Part shown: positions 26,001 through 34,967 of the stretch, in pieces
How the letters are laid out: each line of letters begins with the position of its first letter
Position numbering within the stretch: the stretch's first letter is position 1
Assembly (NCBI GenBank): GCA_963767925.1
Contig: CAVYGB010000008.1
Span: forward strand, 1,024,001-1,088,000
Source of the DNA: an uncultured delta proteobacterium
Lineage (GTDB): Bacteria > Myxococcota_A > Polyangia > Fen-1088
Reading direction: 5' to 3'
DNA length: 64,000 bases
Notes under the pieces: generated by a model
Told to the model about the DNA's origin: nothing
Database searches by the model: none
The model's input: the letters and a program-made list of their open reading frames with translations, nothing else
Position numbers and translations under genes: made by a program

Positions 26001-26919
26001 CCCCCTTGTCGTGCCGGCTCCAGTAGAACAGGGGCAGGGCCAGGTCGTAGTTGCGCGTCCGACTGCGGCCGTACCAGTACAGCCACAGAATGGAGCCCGC
26101 CCGGCTCTCTCCGACCGAATGGCCGTACCCCAGCAACGACACGGTCGTGCTGCCCTCGGGCCGGGACGCCCGGTAGAGCAGGGGCAAGATCAGCAGGTTC
26201 GACCGTTCCCCCCGCCGCCAGTAGAAGTTCAGGGGGATGGCATAGGTGAAGGCGCGCTCGGGCGAGCGGCTGGAGGCGAAGAAGGGGACCAGGAGGTCCA
26301 GGGCCGAGCGGGCCTTGCCGTCCCGGTTCCAGTAGTAGAGGCCGCCGTAGAGCCCGTAGGCCGTCCCGGCCCCCGGGTCCTCGATCTTGAACGAGAGGAG
26401 CAGGGGCGCGGCCCAGCCGAACTTCGTCGAGCGGTAAAAGAGGGGCCAGATGGCCCAGGAGCGGGCGTCGGGCTGCACCGTCTGCGAGAACGGCGGGATG
26501 ACGGTGACCGTCCGCTGCGCCTGGTAGTTTTCGAACCGCCAGTAGAAGGGGGCCACGATGCGGGCCCGCCCCTCGGGGCTCCAGAAGTGCCAGTAAAAGG
26601 GGGTGACGACCCGGTGGCCGGGGTTGCCCCGCCGGTCGAAGTAGAAGGGGATGAACGAGGTGGCGCCGCCTTCCTTGCGGAACAGCAGGGCGTGGATGGG
26701 CGGCTCGACCGCGGTGCAGATCCCCTTTTCACAGATGGTGCCGCCGGGACACTGATTGTCGTCGCGGCAAGCCTGGCCCACCTGGGTGGGCGCGGCGGCC
26801 GGAGCCGGCGCCGGGGCGGCGGGGGTCTGAGCCCTGGCGCTCCCGCCCGCTGCGAGCAGCAGCAGGCCCGCGGCGAGCGCGCCGGCGAGGGTCGTCCTGG
26901 TCGGGGATGGGGCGGTCAC
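23053..26919 (-). CDS. Large secreted repeat protein (~65-70 aromatic xFPLFW-type repeats)
   Basis: Signal peptide, small Cys module, then ~17-aa repeats; GTGA coupling at 26919. Confidence 0.85.
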   Translation of the reverse strand: MTAPSPTRTTLAGALAAGLLLLAAGGSARAQTPAAPAPAPAAAPTQVGQACRDDNQCPGGTICEKGICTAVEPPIHALLFRKEGGATSFIPFYFDRRGNPGHRVVTPFYWHFWSPEGRARIVAPFYWRFENYQAQRTVTVIPPFSQTVQPDARSWAIWPLFYRSTKFGWAAPLLLSFKIEDPGAGTAYGLYGGLYYWNRDGKARSALDLLVPFFASSRSPERAFTYAIPLNFYWRRGERSNLLILPLLYRASRPEGSTTVSLLGYGHSVGESRAGSILWLYWYGRSRTRNYDLALPLFYWSRHDKGGTLGSPLGYFSRDGGNRRGAVGWLYWFGRKTNGSAYDVVFPAFWSFRSSESNTTVVPPFLHLRRRSYALTTLFPVYWSGRDPQRGTAWRLLFPLYFSRTGEGGRTFFWVTPLGGYRRDDDRETRTLTVLLPPIVHRRDPRRELDVVLGLYWRYRDPADGATTHLLGPFYRRQDPEGSTTTLFPLFWHFRDTANGATAHTLLPLYFRRSNPDQTLTAAGVFPLWGYYRRYTEGGWAGGLFPLAFFGRRADRGHGVLFPLLWHFRDREGSATVAAPFFFRFANKNKVAMGIPPLLYFQGRERDDRYHVQFPLFWRFSDGKSGIATTVVPPLFLRSGPRGFSVGLFPFLFAANWSDHGHFVVFPLLWRFRDDRIDRSSTVVLNYLYRRHGQETTHALFPLLHFRRGTRPGGKPETSFTLFPLVHYRRTEDTRIFASPIAVAARTPNTKVGFIPPYFWYRDKAVAASGVPPVWFDITRLDTGERTRIFGPWVNVDTPRSKARVLFPVFGRYSDERERGTWVFPTFFHRRVHAGPSAGYALDTLLPLFWYSRSPSHSMAVVGPWYRRKRPEGFATGLVPLYFYAHSSERRFLATPLFYRRENFKERTSQLFAAFLFYRSTRPEGHTTVLFPLLWAGREKGRSHTVVFPVAWMFRDREANTSTNLVGPLYWANQGSQRTRGLMPLAWYSRDDEKRTASHAVLPLFYEKHGPSSQTVLTLPFGFRREPDRSWWYALNVFRRSSVTSSFTMVLPLWFSHHNKTTDTHTRLIPPLLHFSRSRPDRGLQGWLLLFWRHRSITSTTTLGLPFLFDVHRFHQSRLTLVVPLLFRYWTAEDQTAYNVAPLLLFYRRSSPQDSTTVAFPLFWDFKGPDRRTTLLVPFFVGVRRPTYVARYVFPNIYYRSGLGTEAGTSRLFIFPIWESAVKRPGDYMWEALLGLFGFERIGRNRYLKLLFIPFQLEPAPAAQTSWYGKPPPRRRFERRYGLDTRTW

Positions 26920-27518
26920 TGGGGAGGGAGCATCTTCCATTCGCCGTTTTCTTTGACGAAGGCAATCTCCCCAGTGTCCGACTCCTCACCCTTCTTGCGC
27001 AACACCTTCAGGGTCGCCGAATCGCCCTTGACCGCCGCCCCCTTGACCTCGAACCGCCAGCCCTCCAGCTCCTTCTGCATCTTCTTGAGGCTGTCGGTGC
27101 TGCCGCTGACCTGGCTGGCCAGGAAGCCCTGGTACATGAGGGCGTAGCAGTCGATCATCTTCTCCATGTCGCCGTCGTTGAGGGCCTTCTTCCAGCGATC
27201 GAAGGTCTTCTCGGCGCTCGAAAACTCGGGGCGGGCAGGGGGAAGCTGGAAGGCGATCGACTTGACCTTCTCCCGGGGCAGCTTGACCAGGTTCCCCCCG
27301 GTATCGAGGGTGAACACCCCGTCGTAGTAGTGGACGATCTTGCCATTGAGCTTCGTCTTGTCGACCAGCTCGAAGATCTCGGCTCGGGCCACACCCGCCG
27401 ACAGGAGCAGGGTCACGAGGCCGGCCCCCAGGGTGGCGCCCAGGGTCCGCGCGGGGTTTCGACTGTTCATCGGCTCCGGTCTCCGTTTTCTCTCCATCAG
27501 GCCGTCCATGTCAGACAT
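26916..27518 (-). CDS. Secreted hypothetical protein (small beta domain plus NTF2/DUF4878-like domain)
   Basis: Signal peptide ending ARA-E; C-terminal FVKENGEWK; start may be 27518, 27509 or 27470. Confidence 0.75.
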   Translation of the reverse strand: MSDMDGLMERKRRPEPMNSRNPARTLGATLGAGLVTLLLSAGVARAEIFELVDKTKLNGKIVHYYDGVFTLDTGGNLVKLPREKVKSIAFQLPPARPEFSSAEKTFDRWKKALNDGDMEKMIDCYALMYQGFLASQVSGSTDSLKKMQKELEGWRFEVKGAAVKGDSATLKVLRKKGEESDTGEIAFVKENGEWKMLPPQ

Positions 27519-28791
27519 TCGTCAAGCCGGGAGCGGGGAAACGCGCGGTGACCTCCCGGACCTCGCCAAAGACCTTCTCGCACACCTCGTCGCTGGGGTC
27601 GCGGATGACCCGGTCCATCCAGTCGGCGAGCTGTTTCATCTCGGACGGGCCCATGCCCCGGCTGGTGACGGCGGGGGTGCCCAGGCGGATGCCCGACGGG
27701 TCGAACGGCTTGCGGGTGTCGAAGGGCACCGAGTTGTAGTTGAGCTCGATGCCCGCCCGATCGAGGGCCTTGGCCGCCAGCTTGCCCGGGACGCCCTGCC
27801 GGGTGAGATCGATGAGGATGAGGTGGTTGTCGGTTCCGCCCGAGACGAGGTCGTAGCCGCGCGCCGTTAGCCCCTCGGCCAGGGCCCGGGCGTTGCTCAC
27901 GATGTTCTGGGCGTAGTCCTTGAAGGATGGCTGGGCGGCCTCTCGCAGCGCCACCGCCAGGGCAGCGGTGGTGTGCTGGTGAGGACCACCCTGCAGGCCG
28001 GGGAAGACCGCCCGGTCGATGGCCTGGGCGTGGTCGGCCCGGGCGAGGATCATGCCGCCTCGCGGTCCCCGCAGCGTCTTGTGGGTCGTCGTGGTCACCA
28101 CGTCGGCGAAGGGCACCGGCGAAGGATGGGCTCCGCCCGCCACCAGGCCGGCGATGTGGGCGATGTCCGCCGCGAAGCGGGCCCCCACCTCGCGCGCGAT
28201 GTCGGCCATGGCCCCGAAGTCCCAGGTGCGGGAATAGGCGGTTCCGCCCGCCCAGAGGAGGGCCGGCCGCTCTTTCCGGGCGAGGTCGCGGACCTCGTCG
28301 TAGTCGATGCGGCCCGTGTCCTTGCGCACGCCGTATTGCACCGACTGGAAGTAGCGGCCGGTGATCGAAACGTTCCAGCCGTGGGTGAGGTGCCCGCCCA
28401 TGGGCAGGGCCAGGCCCATCACCTTGTCCCCGGGCTTCAGGAAGGCCAGGTAGACGGCCAGGTTGGCCGGCGAGCCCGAGTAGGGCTGGACGTTGGCGTG
28501 AGCCGCCCCGAAGAGGTCGGTGGCCCGCTTGCAACAAAGCGACTCGAGCGGGTCGACGAACTGCTGTCCCTCGTAGTAGCGCTTGCCCGCGTAGCCCTCG
28601 CTGTACTTGTTGGTGAAGACCGAGGCCGAGGCCTCCAGGACCGCTCGCGAGACGTAATTCTCCGAGGGGATCAGGCGGATCTTCTCGCCCTGGCGCCGGT
28701 CCTCGCTGCGACAGAGGGCAAACACCTCGGGGTCGGCGGTGGCGAGCGCGGGATCGCCTGTCCTGGTGGTCTTCTCCTCCTGGGCGGCCAT
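27511..28791 (-). CDS. glyA: Serine hydroxymethyltransferase
   Basis: LIPSENY, NKYSEGY..KRYY.G, GGHLTHG and [14 protein letters not shown] motifs. Confidence 0.97.
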   Translation of the reverse strand: MAAQEEKTTRTGDPALATADPEVFALCRSEDRRQGEKIRLIPSENYVSRAVLEASASVFTNKYSEGYAGKRYYEGQQFVDPLESLCCKRATDLFGAAHANVQPYSGSPANLAVYLAFLKPGDKVMGLALPMGGHLTHGWNVSITGRYFQSVQYGVRKDTGRIDYDEVRDLARKERPALLWAGGTAYSRTWDFGAMADIAREVGARFAADIAHIAGLVAGGAHPSPVPFADVVTTTTHKTLRGPRGGMILARADHAQAIDRAVFPGLQGGPHQHTTAALAVALREAAQPSFKDYAQNIVSNARALAEGLTARGYDLVSGGTDNHLILIDLTRQGVPGKLAAKALDRAGIELNYNSVPFDTRKPFDPSGIRLGTPAVTSRGMGPSEMKQLADWMDRVIRDPSDEVCEKVFGEVREVTARFPAPGLTNV

Positions 28792-28855
28792 GGCCCCGGC
28801 AAGCTAGTCCGCCGAGGGTTCCTAGTCAACGCGGGTCGCGCCTGGCTGGTCCGGT

Positions 28856-30744
28856 TTACGCCGGCGGGGGTGTGACAGTGGCAGCGCGTGTGGGGGCCCC
28901 GTTTTCCTTGACCACCCGCCCGAACAGGGTGGCCAGCTCCGCCTCGGCGAGCGTCTCCTTCTCCAGCAGGGTGCGCGCGCCCTCCTCGAGCAGGGAGCGG
29001 TTGCGGTCGAGGATGGCCCGCGCCCAGACGAAGGACTGATCGACGATGCGCCGGACAGCCCCGTCGATCTCCCGGGCGGTCTCGTCGCTGTAGTCCCGGC
29101 GGGACAGCGACCCCAGCCCCGGACCCAACATCCCGATCGGCTCGTTGTCGTAGGTCACGTGGCCGAGCTCCGGGACCATCGCGTAGCGGGTCACCATGCT
29201 GCGGGCGATCTCGGTGGCCTTGTTGCAGGTCGTCGGCCGCGCCGGTCGACAGGTGGCCGAAGATGAGGTGCTCGGCCGCGCGGCCGCCGAGCAGCACGGC
29301 CATCTTCTTCTCGAGCTCCTCGCGGATCATGAGGTAGCGGTCCTCGGTCGGGCGCTGGATGGTGTAGCCGAGCGCGCCGACTCCCGCGCGGGATGATCGA
29401 GACCTTGTGCACCGGATCGGTCCCGGGCAGGGCGGCCGCGACCAGCGCGTGGCCCATCTCGTGGTGCGCCACCACCCGGCGCTCCTGCGGGGAGAGCAGG
29501 CGGTTCCGCTTCTCCAGGCCGGCCACGATGCGCTCGATCGCGGCGGTGAAGTCGGCGAGGATGACCTCGCTGGCGCCCCGCCGGGTGGCGACCAGCGCCG
29601 CCTCGTTGACCAGGTTGGCCAGATCGGCGCCGGTGAAGCCGGGGGTGAGCCCGGCGACGTCGTCGAGGTTCACGGCCTCGCCCATCGTGATCTTCTTGCT
29701 GTGGACCCGCAGGATCTCGGCCCGCGCCCCGCTTGTCCGGCCGGTCGACCAGGACCTGCCGATCGAAGCGGCCGGCCCGCAGCAGGGCCGGATCGAGGAT
29801 CTCGGGCCGGTTGGTGGCGGCGATGATGACGATGCCGCTCGAGGCGTCGAAGCCGTCCAGCTCGACGAGGAGCTGGTTGAGCGTCTGCTCCTTCTCGTCG
29901 TGGCCGCCCATGGCGCCGCCGGCGTGGCGCGCCCGCCCGAGGGCGTCGAGCTCGTCGATGAAGATGATGCACGGCGCCTTCTGCCGCGCCTGCTCGAACA
30001 GGTCGCGCACCCGGGCCGCGCCCACGCCCACGAACATCTCCACGAACTCCGAGCCGCTGATGGAGAAGAAGGGCACGTCGGCCTCGCCCGGCCACCGCCC
30101 GGGCCAGCAGGGTCTTGCCGGTTCCGGGCGGGCCGACCAGCAGCACGCCCTTGGGCATGCGGGCGCCGAGCCGGCCGTAGCTGCTTCGGATCCTTGAGGA
30201 AGGAGACCACCTCCTCCAGCTCGTCCTTGGCCTCGTCGACGCCCGGCCACGTCCTTGAAGGTGACCTTGATGTCCGTCTCGACGTAGACCTTGGCCTTGC
30301 TCTTGCCGATGGCCATCAGCCCGCCGCCCGGTCCGATCCGGCCGGCCATCCGGCGCATGATGAACATCCAGACGGCAAAGAACAGCACCAGGGGCACGAC
30401 CCAGGAGAGGATCGCGGCCACGAAGGTGCTTCTCGCGCTGGGCGGAGAACTTGACCTCGTGCTGGCTCGAGCTCGTTGGCCAGGTCGGGCTCGACCCGGT
30501 TGGTGACGAACTGCTTCTTGCCGTCGATCGGCTCCTTGAGGGTGCCCCGGATCTCGCCCGAGGAGACGATGACCTCCTCGATCCTGTTTTCCTTCAGGAG
30601 CCGCTCGAACTCGCTGTAGGGCAGGGGGGTAACCCCCTGCACCCGGGACCAGACGTCCTGGAGCAGGAGGATCGCGAGCAGCGCGACGATGATGTAGCTG
30701 ATACTGAAGCGCGTACGATCGGGGCCGGGGCTGGCTGCAGGCAT
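28856..30744 (-). pseudogene. ftsH: ATP-dependent zinc metalloprotease FtsH, interrupted by eight +1 frameshifts (probably sequencing errors)
   Basis: Walker A GPPGTGKT, Walker [35 protein letters not shown] and LGGRAAE are spread across frames. Removing 8 nt gives 1881 nt = 627 codons. Confidence 0.9.
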
Positions 30745-30812
30745 GGCGTTATTGTCCTGGTCCTACTATGCGATGCCGTGGAGGTTCCGGCACACGCCGC
30801 ATAGCACGATAT

Positions 30813-31787
30813 TTATTCCCGGGGCGAGACCGCGTCTAGCCTCGCGCGGAGGGCGGCGCCGGCCGGGGTGTCGCGCAGGCTGGCCAGTCGTCGCAGGTAG
30901 TGGGCCAGCGCCCAGAGGTCCGGATCTTTGATGGCGCCCTTCCAGGTGGGCATGGCGGCTCCGTCGATGCCAGCCGCCACGGTGCGGAAGATGGCCCGCG
31001 GGGACGACCCGTTCTTTAGGTGGTGGAACAGGAAGTCGGTGGGCAAGATGCTCAGCTTCGTCTCGCCCGCCTTGTAGTCGCTCTCCTTGAGTATGGGGCG
31101 GGTCGGGCGTTCGCGCTCCTGGGCCGGTTTACCGAGCACCGCCTGCGACAGCGCGGCCAGCTCCTTCGCGGGCAGGTAGCTGGGGTGGCAGGCGATGCAC
31201 CCGGCCAGCACCGTCCGGGGCTGCTGGGTGGCGGGGTCCATCTCCACCCCGGACAGGTGGTAGATCTTCTCCCCCAGCTTGAACGCCTCCTCCTCCCGGC
31301 CCACCCAGGGGTCGGGGACGTCGGGCTGGACCAGCTCACCGGGGGTCTCGTTCTTCCAGCGGGGCGAGAAGGTCTTGATGTACGCGACGACGGCTACCCG
31401 GGCCGGTTCGCTGAGATCCCAGGGCAACATCGAGGTCCCGGCCAGGCCGTTGCGCAGGAGGGCCAGCAGGTCGGCGTCGTTGGGGAGCTCCCCCGCGGCC
31501 ACCCCCGGGAACTTGAACTTGCCCGCGGTGAAGTCCCGGGGCGGGGGCCGCATGCCGGCGGCGGCGGGCCCGTTGCCATCTCCCTTTTCCCCGTGGCAGG
31601 CGTAGCAGAATTGCAGGTAGACCTCGTGGCCCTGGTTCAGCAGGTCGGAGGGGATCACCTGGCCGCCCAGCTTCTGCGCCTCGCGGAACTTCGGCTGCTC
31701 CCGGCAGCCGGTGGCGGTCAGCCCCAGCCCGCCGGTGAGCGCGACAAGGCCCGTGAACGCGACGAGCTGAGCAGGCTTTCCCTTCAT
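30813..31787 (-). CDS. Di-heme c-type cytochrome, probably a lipoprotein; likely electron donor to the oxidase
   Basis: CYACH and CIACH; PRDFT.GKFKF; GTSMLPW and GAAMPTW Met-ligand regions; lipobox-like ATGC. Confidence 0.88.
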   Translation of the reverse strand: MKGKPAQLVAFTGLVALTGGLGLTATGCREQPKFREAQKLGGQVIPSDLLNQGHEVYLQFCYACHGEKGDGNGPAAAGMRPPPRDFTAGKFKFPGVAAGELPNDADLLALLRNGLAGTSMLPWDLSEPARVAVVAYIKTFSPRWKNETPGELVQPDVPDPWVGREEEAFKLGEKIYHLSGVEMDPATQQPRTVLAGCIACHPSYLPAKELAALSQAVLGKPAQERERPTRPILKESDYKAGETKLSILPTDFLFHHLKNGSSPRAIFRTVAAGIDGAAMPTWKGAIKDPDLWALAHYLRRLASLRDTPAGAALRARLDAVSPRE

Positions 31788-31792
31788 CGCGC

Positions 31793-32362
31793 TCACACCA
31801 GGTAGACGGCCACGAAGACCAGCCCCCACAAGATGCCCACCATGTGCAGGTAGAGGGTCCACAGGCGCAGGGGGATGGGGCGCACGCCGCCGCCCAGGGC
31901 GCCGGCCGCGAGGAGGCTGCCCAGCCCCACCAGGCCCACCAGGACGTGCAGCGCGTGAAAGCCGGTCAGCCCGAAGAACACGGATCCGTAGGGGCCGGAG
32001 TCCAGGCGCAGCCCCCGCTGCCAGAGATCGCGCCAGACGAAGGCCTGCAGGCCCAGGAAGCCCGCGCTGGCCGCCCAGGCCAGGACCAGCCCGCCCGGGC
32101 CCACCCGGCGACCCTGCCGGGACTGCTGGCGCGCCCGCTCCAGCCGGTAGCTCGCCAGGGCCATCAGGCCGGTGGCCAGCGCCGGCAACCCCAGGGGCAA
32201 GGTGGGCAGGTCGGCGGGGGGCCAGGCGGTCGAACGGACCCGCACCAGCCCATAAGAGAAGAAGAGGGCCGCAAACAGCATCGCCCAGGAGGCCAGGAAC
32301 AGGGTCATGCCCAGCAGGGCCGTCGTCTCCTGGTGCTGGCCGTCGGCACGGGCGGTGGCCAT
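31793..32362 (-). CDS. Heme-copper oxidase subunit III (second copy)
   Basis: LGMTLFLASWAMLF, YGSVFFGLTGFHALHV and YLHMV motifs; TGATG coupling to subunit I. Confidence 0.85.
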   Translation of the reverse strand: MATARADGQHQETTALLGMTLFLASWAMLFAALFFSYGLVRVRSTAWPPADLPTLPLGLPALATGLMALASYRLERARQQSRQGRRVGPGGLVLAWAASAGFLGLQAFVWRDLWQRGLRLDSGPYGSVFFGLTGFHALHVLVGLVGLGSLLAAGALGGGVRPIPLRLWTLYLHMVGILWGLVFVAVYLV

Positions 32363-34125
32363 CAGGTTCCTCCGGCGGCCGCCGGCCGCCCCTCGGGCAG
32401 GTCCTCGGTCTGGGCGATCCAGTCGCGGCCCAGGGTCGCCTTCACGGCGGGGTTGGACAGCTCGTGGGGTCCCCGCACCACGGTGGGGATGGGATCGAAG
32501 TTGTGGACCGGGGGCGGGGAGGGCACCGTCCACTCGAGGGTGCCGACCTTCCAGGGGTTGGCCTCGGCGTTGGGCTTGCGAAAGACGTTGGCGAAGAAGT
32601 TCACGACGAACAGGAGCTGGCTCGCCCCCAGGGCGAAGGCGAAGTAGCTCGTCAGGCGGTTGAGCGGGGCCAGGTGTTTGAGGAAGCCGTACTGGTGGGG
32701 ATCCCAGAGCCGGCGGGGCTGCCCGGCGTACCCCGTGAAGAGCTGCCCGCAAAACAGCAGGGTGATGAACACGAGCGAGAGCCAGAAGTGGACCTTGCCC
32801 AGCCGCTCGTCGAGCATCCGGCCGAACATCTTGGGGAACCAGAAGTGGATGGCGGCGAAGATGGCGAGGAAGGTGGCCGCCGCCATGATGAGGTGGAAGT
32901 GCCCCACCACGAACATGGTGTCGTGCAGGTAGAGGTCGGTGGAGATAGTCGCCAGGTATAGGCCGGTCAGCCCCCCGATGGCGAACACCCAGACCACCCC
33001 CAGCGTGAACAACATCGGCGTCGAGGTGCGCATCGACCCCTTCCAGATGGTGTGCAGCCAGTTCAGGAACAGCAGCTCGGCGGGGGCGCTGATGATGAGG
33101 GTCAAGGTCATGAACGCCTTGCCCAGCATGGGGTTCATCCCGGTCGTGAACATGTGGTGCCCGTACACGACCGCCGAGAGCACGGTGATGAGGACCATGG
33201 CTCCCACCGAGCCCTTGTACCAGTAGGCGGGCTTGCGGGAGAAGAAGGCCACCAGGTCGCCGGTGAACCCCCAGGCCGGCAGGATCAGGATGTAGACCTC
33301 CGGGTGCCCGAAGATCCAGAACAGGTGCTGGAACAGGATGGGGTCGCCGCCGCCCCGCACCGAGGCGGCGCCGGCGATGAAGAACTGGGTCCCCAGCTCG
33401 CGATCGCTGAGCAGCAGCAAGGTCGCCGCCCCGAGCACGGGCACGAACAGGATGTTGAGGATCGACGTGAGCCACAGCCCCCAGACGGTCAGCGGCATCC
33501 GCAGGTAGGTCATCCCTGGCGCCCGGAAGCGGATGACCGTCACGACGTAGTTGATGGCTCCCATCACGGTGGCCACACCGGTGAAGAACAGCGCCGCCAC
33601 GACCAGGGTCTGCCCCATCCCGGGGGTGCCCACCCGGGTGGCGAGCGGCGGGTAGGTGGTCCAGCCGGCGGCGGCCGAGCCGAGCTGCACGAGGAAGGAG
33701 GCCACCACCAGGCAGAGCGACAGGGCGAAGGTCCAGAACGAGAGCATGTTGAGCCGGGGGAAGGCCATGTCCCGGGCCCCGATCATGAGGGGGATGGTGA
33801 AGTTGCCGAAGGCCCCGATCAGCAGCGGCGTCACGGCGAAGAAGATCATCACCAGGCCGTGCATCGTGAAGATGGCGTTGTAGGCCGCCGGGGAGATGAC
33901 CCCGCCCGATCGACTCAGCAGGAGGTCGCCCACCAGGGGGACCTTCTGGCCGGGATAGGCCCACTGCCAGCGGATGAGCATCGCCAGCAGGCCCCCGAAC
34001 AGCAGGAAGAGCAGCCCCGACCAGAGGAACTGCTTGGCGATGACCTTGTGGTCGGTGGAAAAAACGTAGCGCCGGACGAACGAGGTCGGCGGCGGGTGGA
34101 TGGGCTGCAGCTCGTCGCCGGTCAT
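32362..34125 (-). CDS. ctaD: Heme-copper oxidase subunit I, A1-type core with altered K-channel
   Basis: STDHK, TMHG, DMAFPRLN, GWTTYPPL, GHPEVY, GHHMF, HDT..VVGHFH and GQPRR motifs. Confidence 0.95.
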   Translation of the reverse strand: MTGDELQPIHPPPTSFVRRYVFSTDHKVIAKQFLWSGLLFLLFGGLLAMLIRWQWAYPGQKVPLVGDLLLSRSGGVISPAAYNAIFTMHGLVMIFFAVTPLLIGAFGNFTIPLMIGARDMAFPRLNMLSFWTFALSLCLVVASFLVQLGSAAAGWTTYPPLATRVGTPGMGQTLVVAALFFTGVATVMGAINYVVTVIRFRAPGMTYLRMPLTVWGLWLTSILNILFVPVLGAATLLLLSDRELGTQFFIAGAASVRGGGDPILFQHLFWIFGHPEVYILILPAWGFTGDLVAFFSRKPAYWYKGSVGAMVLITVLSAVVYGHHMFTTGMNPMLGKAFMTLTLIISAPAELLFLNWLHTIWKGSMRTSTPMLFTLGVVWVFAIGGLTGLYLATISTDLYLHDTMFVVGHFHLIMAAATFLAIFAAIHFWFPKMFGRMLDERLGKVHFWLSLVFITLLFCGQLFTGYAGQPRRLWDPHQYGFLKHLAPLNRLTSYFAFALGASQLLFVVNFFANVFRKPNAEANPWKVGTLEWTVPSPPPVHNFDPIPTVVRGPHELSNPAVKATLGRDWIAQTEDLPEGRPAAAGGT

Positions 34126-34967
34126 GGTGTGGGGTGCCCCTCGCGATCGTGGTTGGCGTGGCTCTCGGAATGGTCCTCTCCGTGTTGCTCGGCGTGGGCG
34201 CCGTGGCTCCCCTTCCAGTTCCAGCCCCACTGGGCGCCCTTGTCGTTGGGGTCGAAGCTCTCGCTCGAGAGGGCCGAGGCCTCGGCGGCCCAGGCGGCGT
34301 AGGCCTCGGCGCTCAGCACGACGAGCCGACCACGCATCTTGTAGTGGTTGACCCCGCAGTGCTGGGCGCAGGCGATGTCGAAGGCGCCGGTCTCCTTGGC
34401 CTGGAACCAGAGGCGGTTGATCATGCCCGGCACGGCATCCTGCTTGACGCGGAAGTTGGGCAACGAGAAGCTGTGCAGGACGTCGGTGGCGGCGAGCTGC
34501 AACAAGATGGGGGTGCCCACCGGCACCCGGATGTCGTTCATGCTGACGATGTCGTCGCGGCTGTTGAACCGACCGTCCGGGCCGGGGTAGCGGGCGTCCC
34601 AGGCCCACTGGCGGGCGTTGATCTCGATGCGCACGGCCCGGGGATCGGCCTCCACCGCGTCGAAGTTCCAGAAGGCGGCGTCGAGGTCGCGCAGGCCGTT
34701 GACGAAGAGGTTCCCGTCCACCACCACGAAGATCAGCAGCGAGAGCCCCAGGGCCTTGACCGTCTGCTTGCGGGCGTTGCCCTCGTCGTATTCGGCCCGG
34801 TGCCGGGGGCCGTGGAAGAAGGCCGCCCACAGGATCCAGACCAGCGTGGCGCCGAACATGATGAGCACGAACACGGTCGTCGACTTCAGCAGCCAGTCGA
34901 CCCGCCACCCGTCGACCGAGGCGTCGTGGGGCAACCCCCACCAGCCGGTCGAGGCCAGGGCGGTCAT
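34122..34967 (-). CDS. ctaC: Cytochrome c oxidase subunit II (CuA)
   Basis: Two TM helices; QWAW, DVLHSF, KQDAVPG and CAQHCGVNHYKM motifs; His-rich tail. Confidence 0.93.
   Translation of the reverse strand: MTALASTGWWGLPHDASVDGWRVDWLLKSTTVFVLIMFGATLVWILWAAFFHGPRHRAEYDEGNARKQTVKALGLSLLIFVVVDGNLFVNGLRDLDAAFWNFDAVEADPRAVRIEINARQWAWDARYPGPDGRFNSRDDIVSMNDIRVPVGTPILLQLAATDVLHSFSLPNFRVKQDAVPGMINRLWFQAKETGAFDIACAQHCGVNHYKMRGRLVVLSAEAYAAWAAEASALSSESFDPNDKGAQWGWNWKGSHGAHAEQHGEDHSESHANHDREGHPTP

Noticed and set aside
28856..30744. Programmed frameshifting or phase variation of ftsH
   Set aside because: Eight separate sites without slippery sequences or long homopolymers; sequencing error is far more parsimonious.
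30764..30805. Imperfect hairpin upstream of ftsH as an RNA thermometer
   Set aside because: The stem (CTATGCG...CGCATAG) does not sequester the putative RBS; support is insufficient.
32362..34941. 859-aa 'extended' subunit I and other long N-terminal extensions in the ORF track
   Set aside because: The extensions overlap subunit II or neighbours in other frames; true starts are marked by ATGA coupling.
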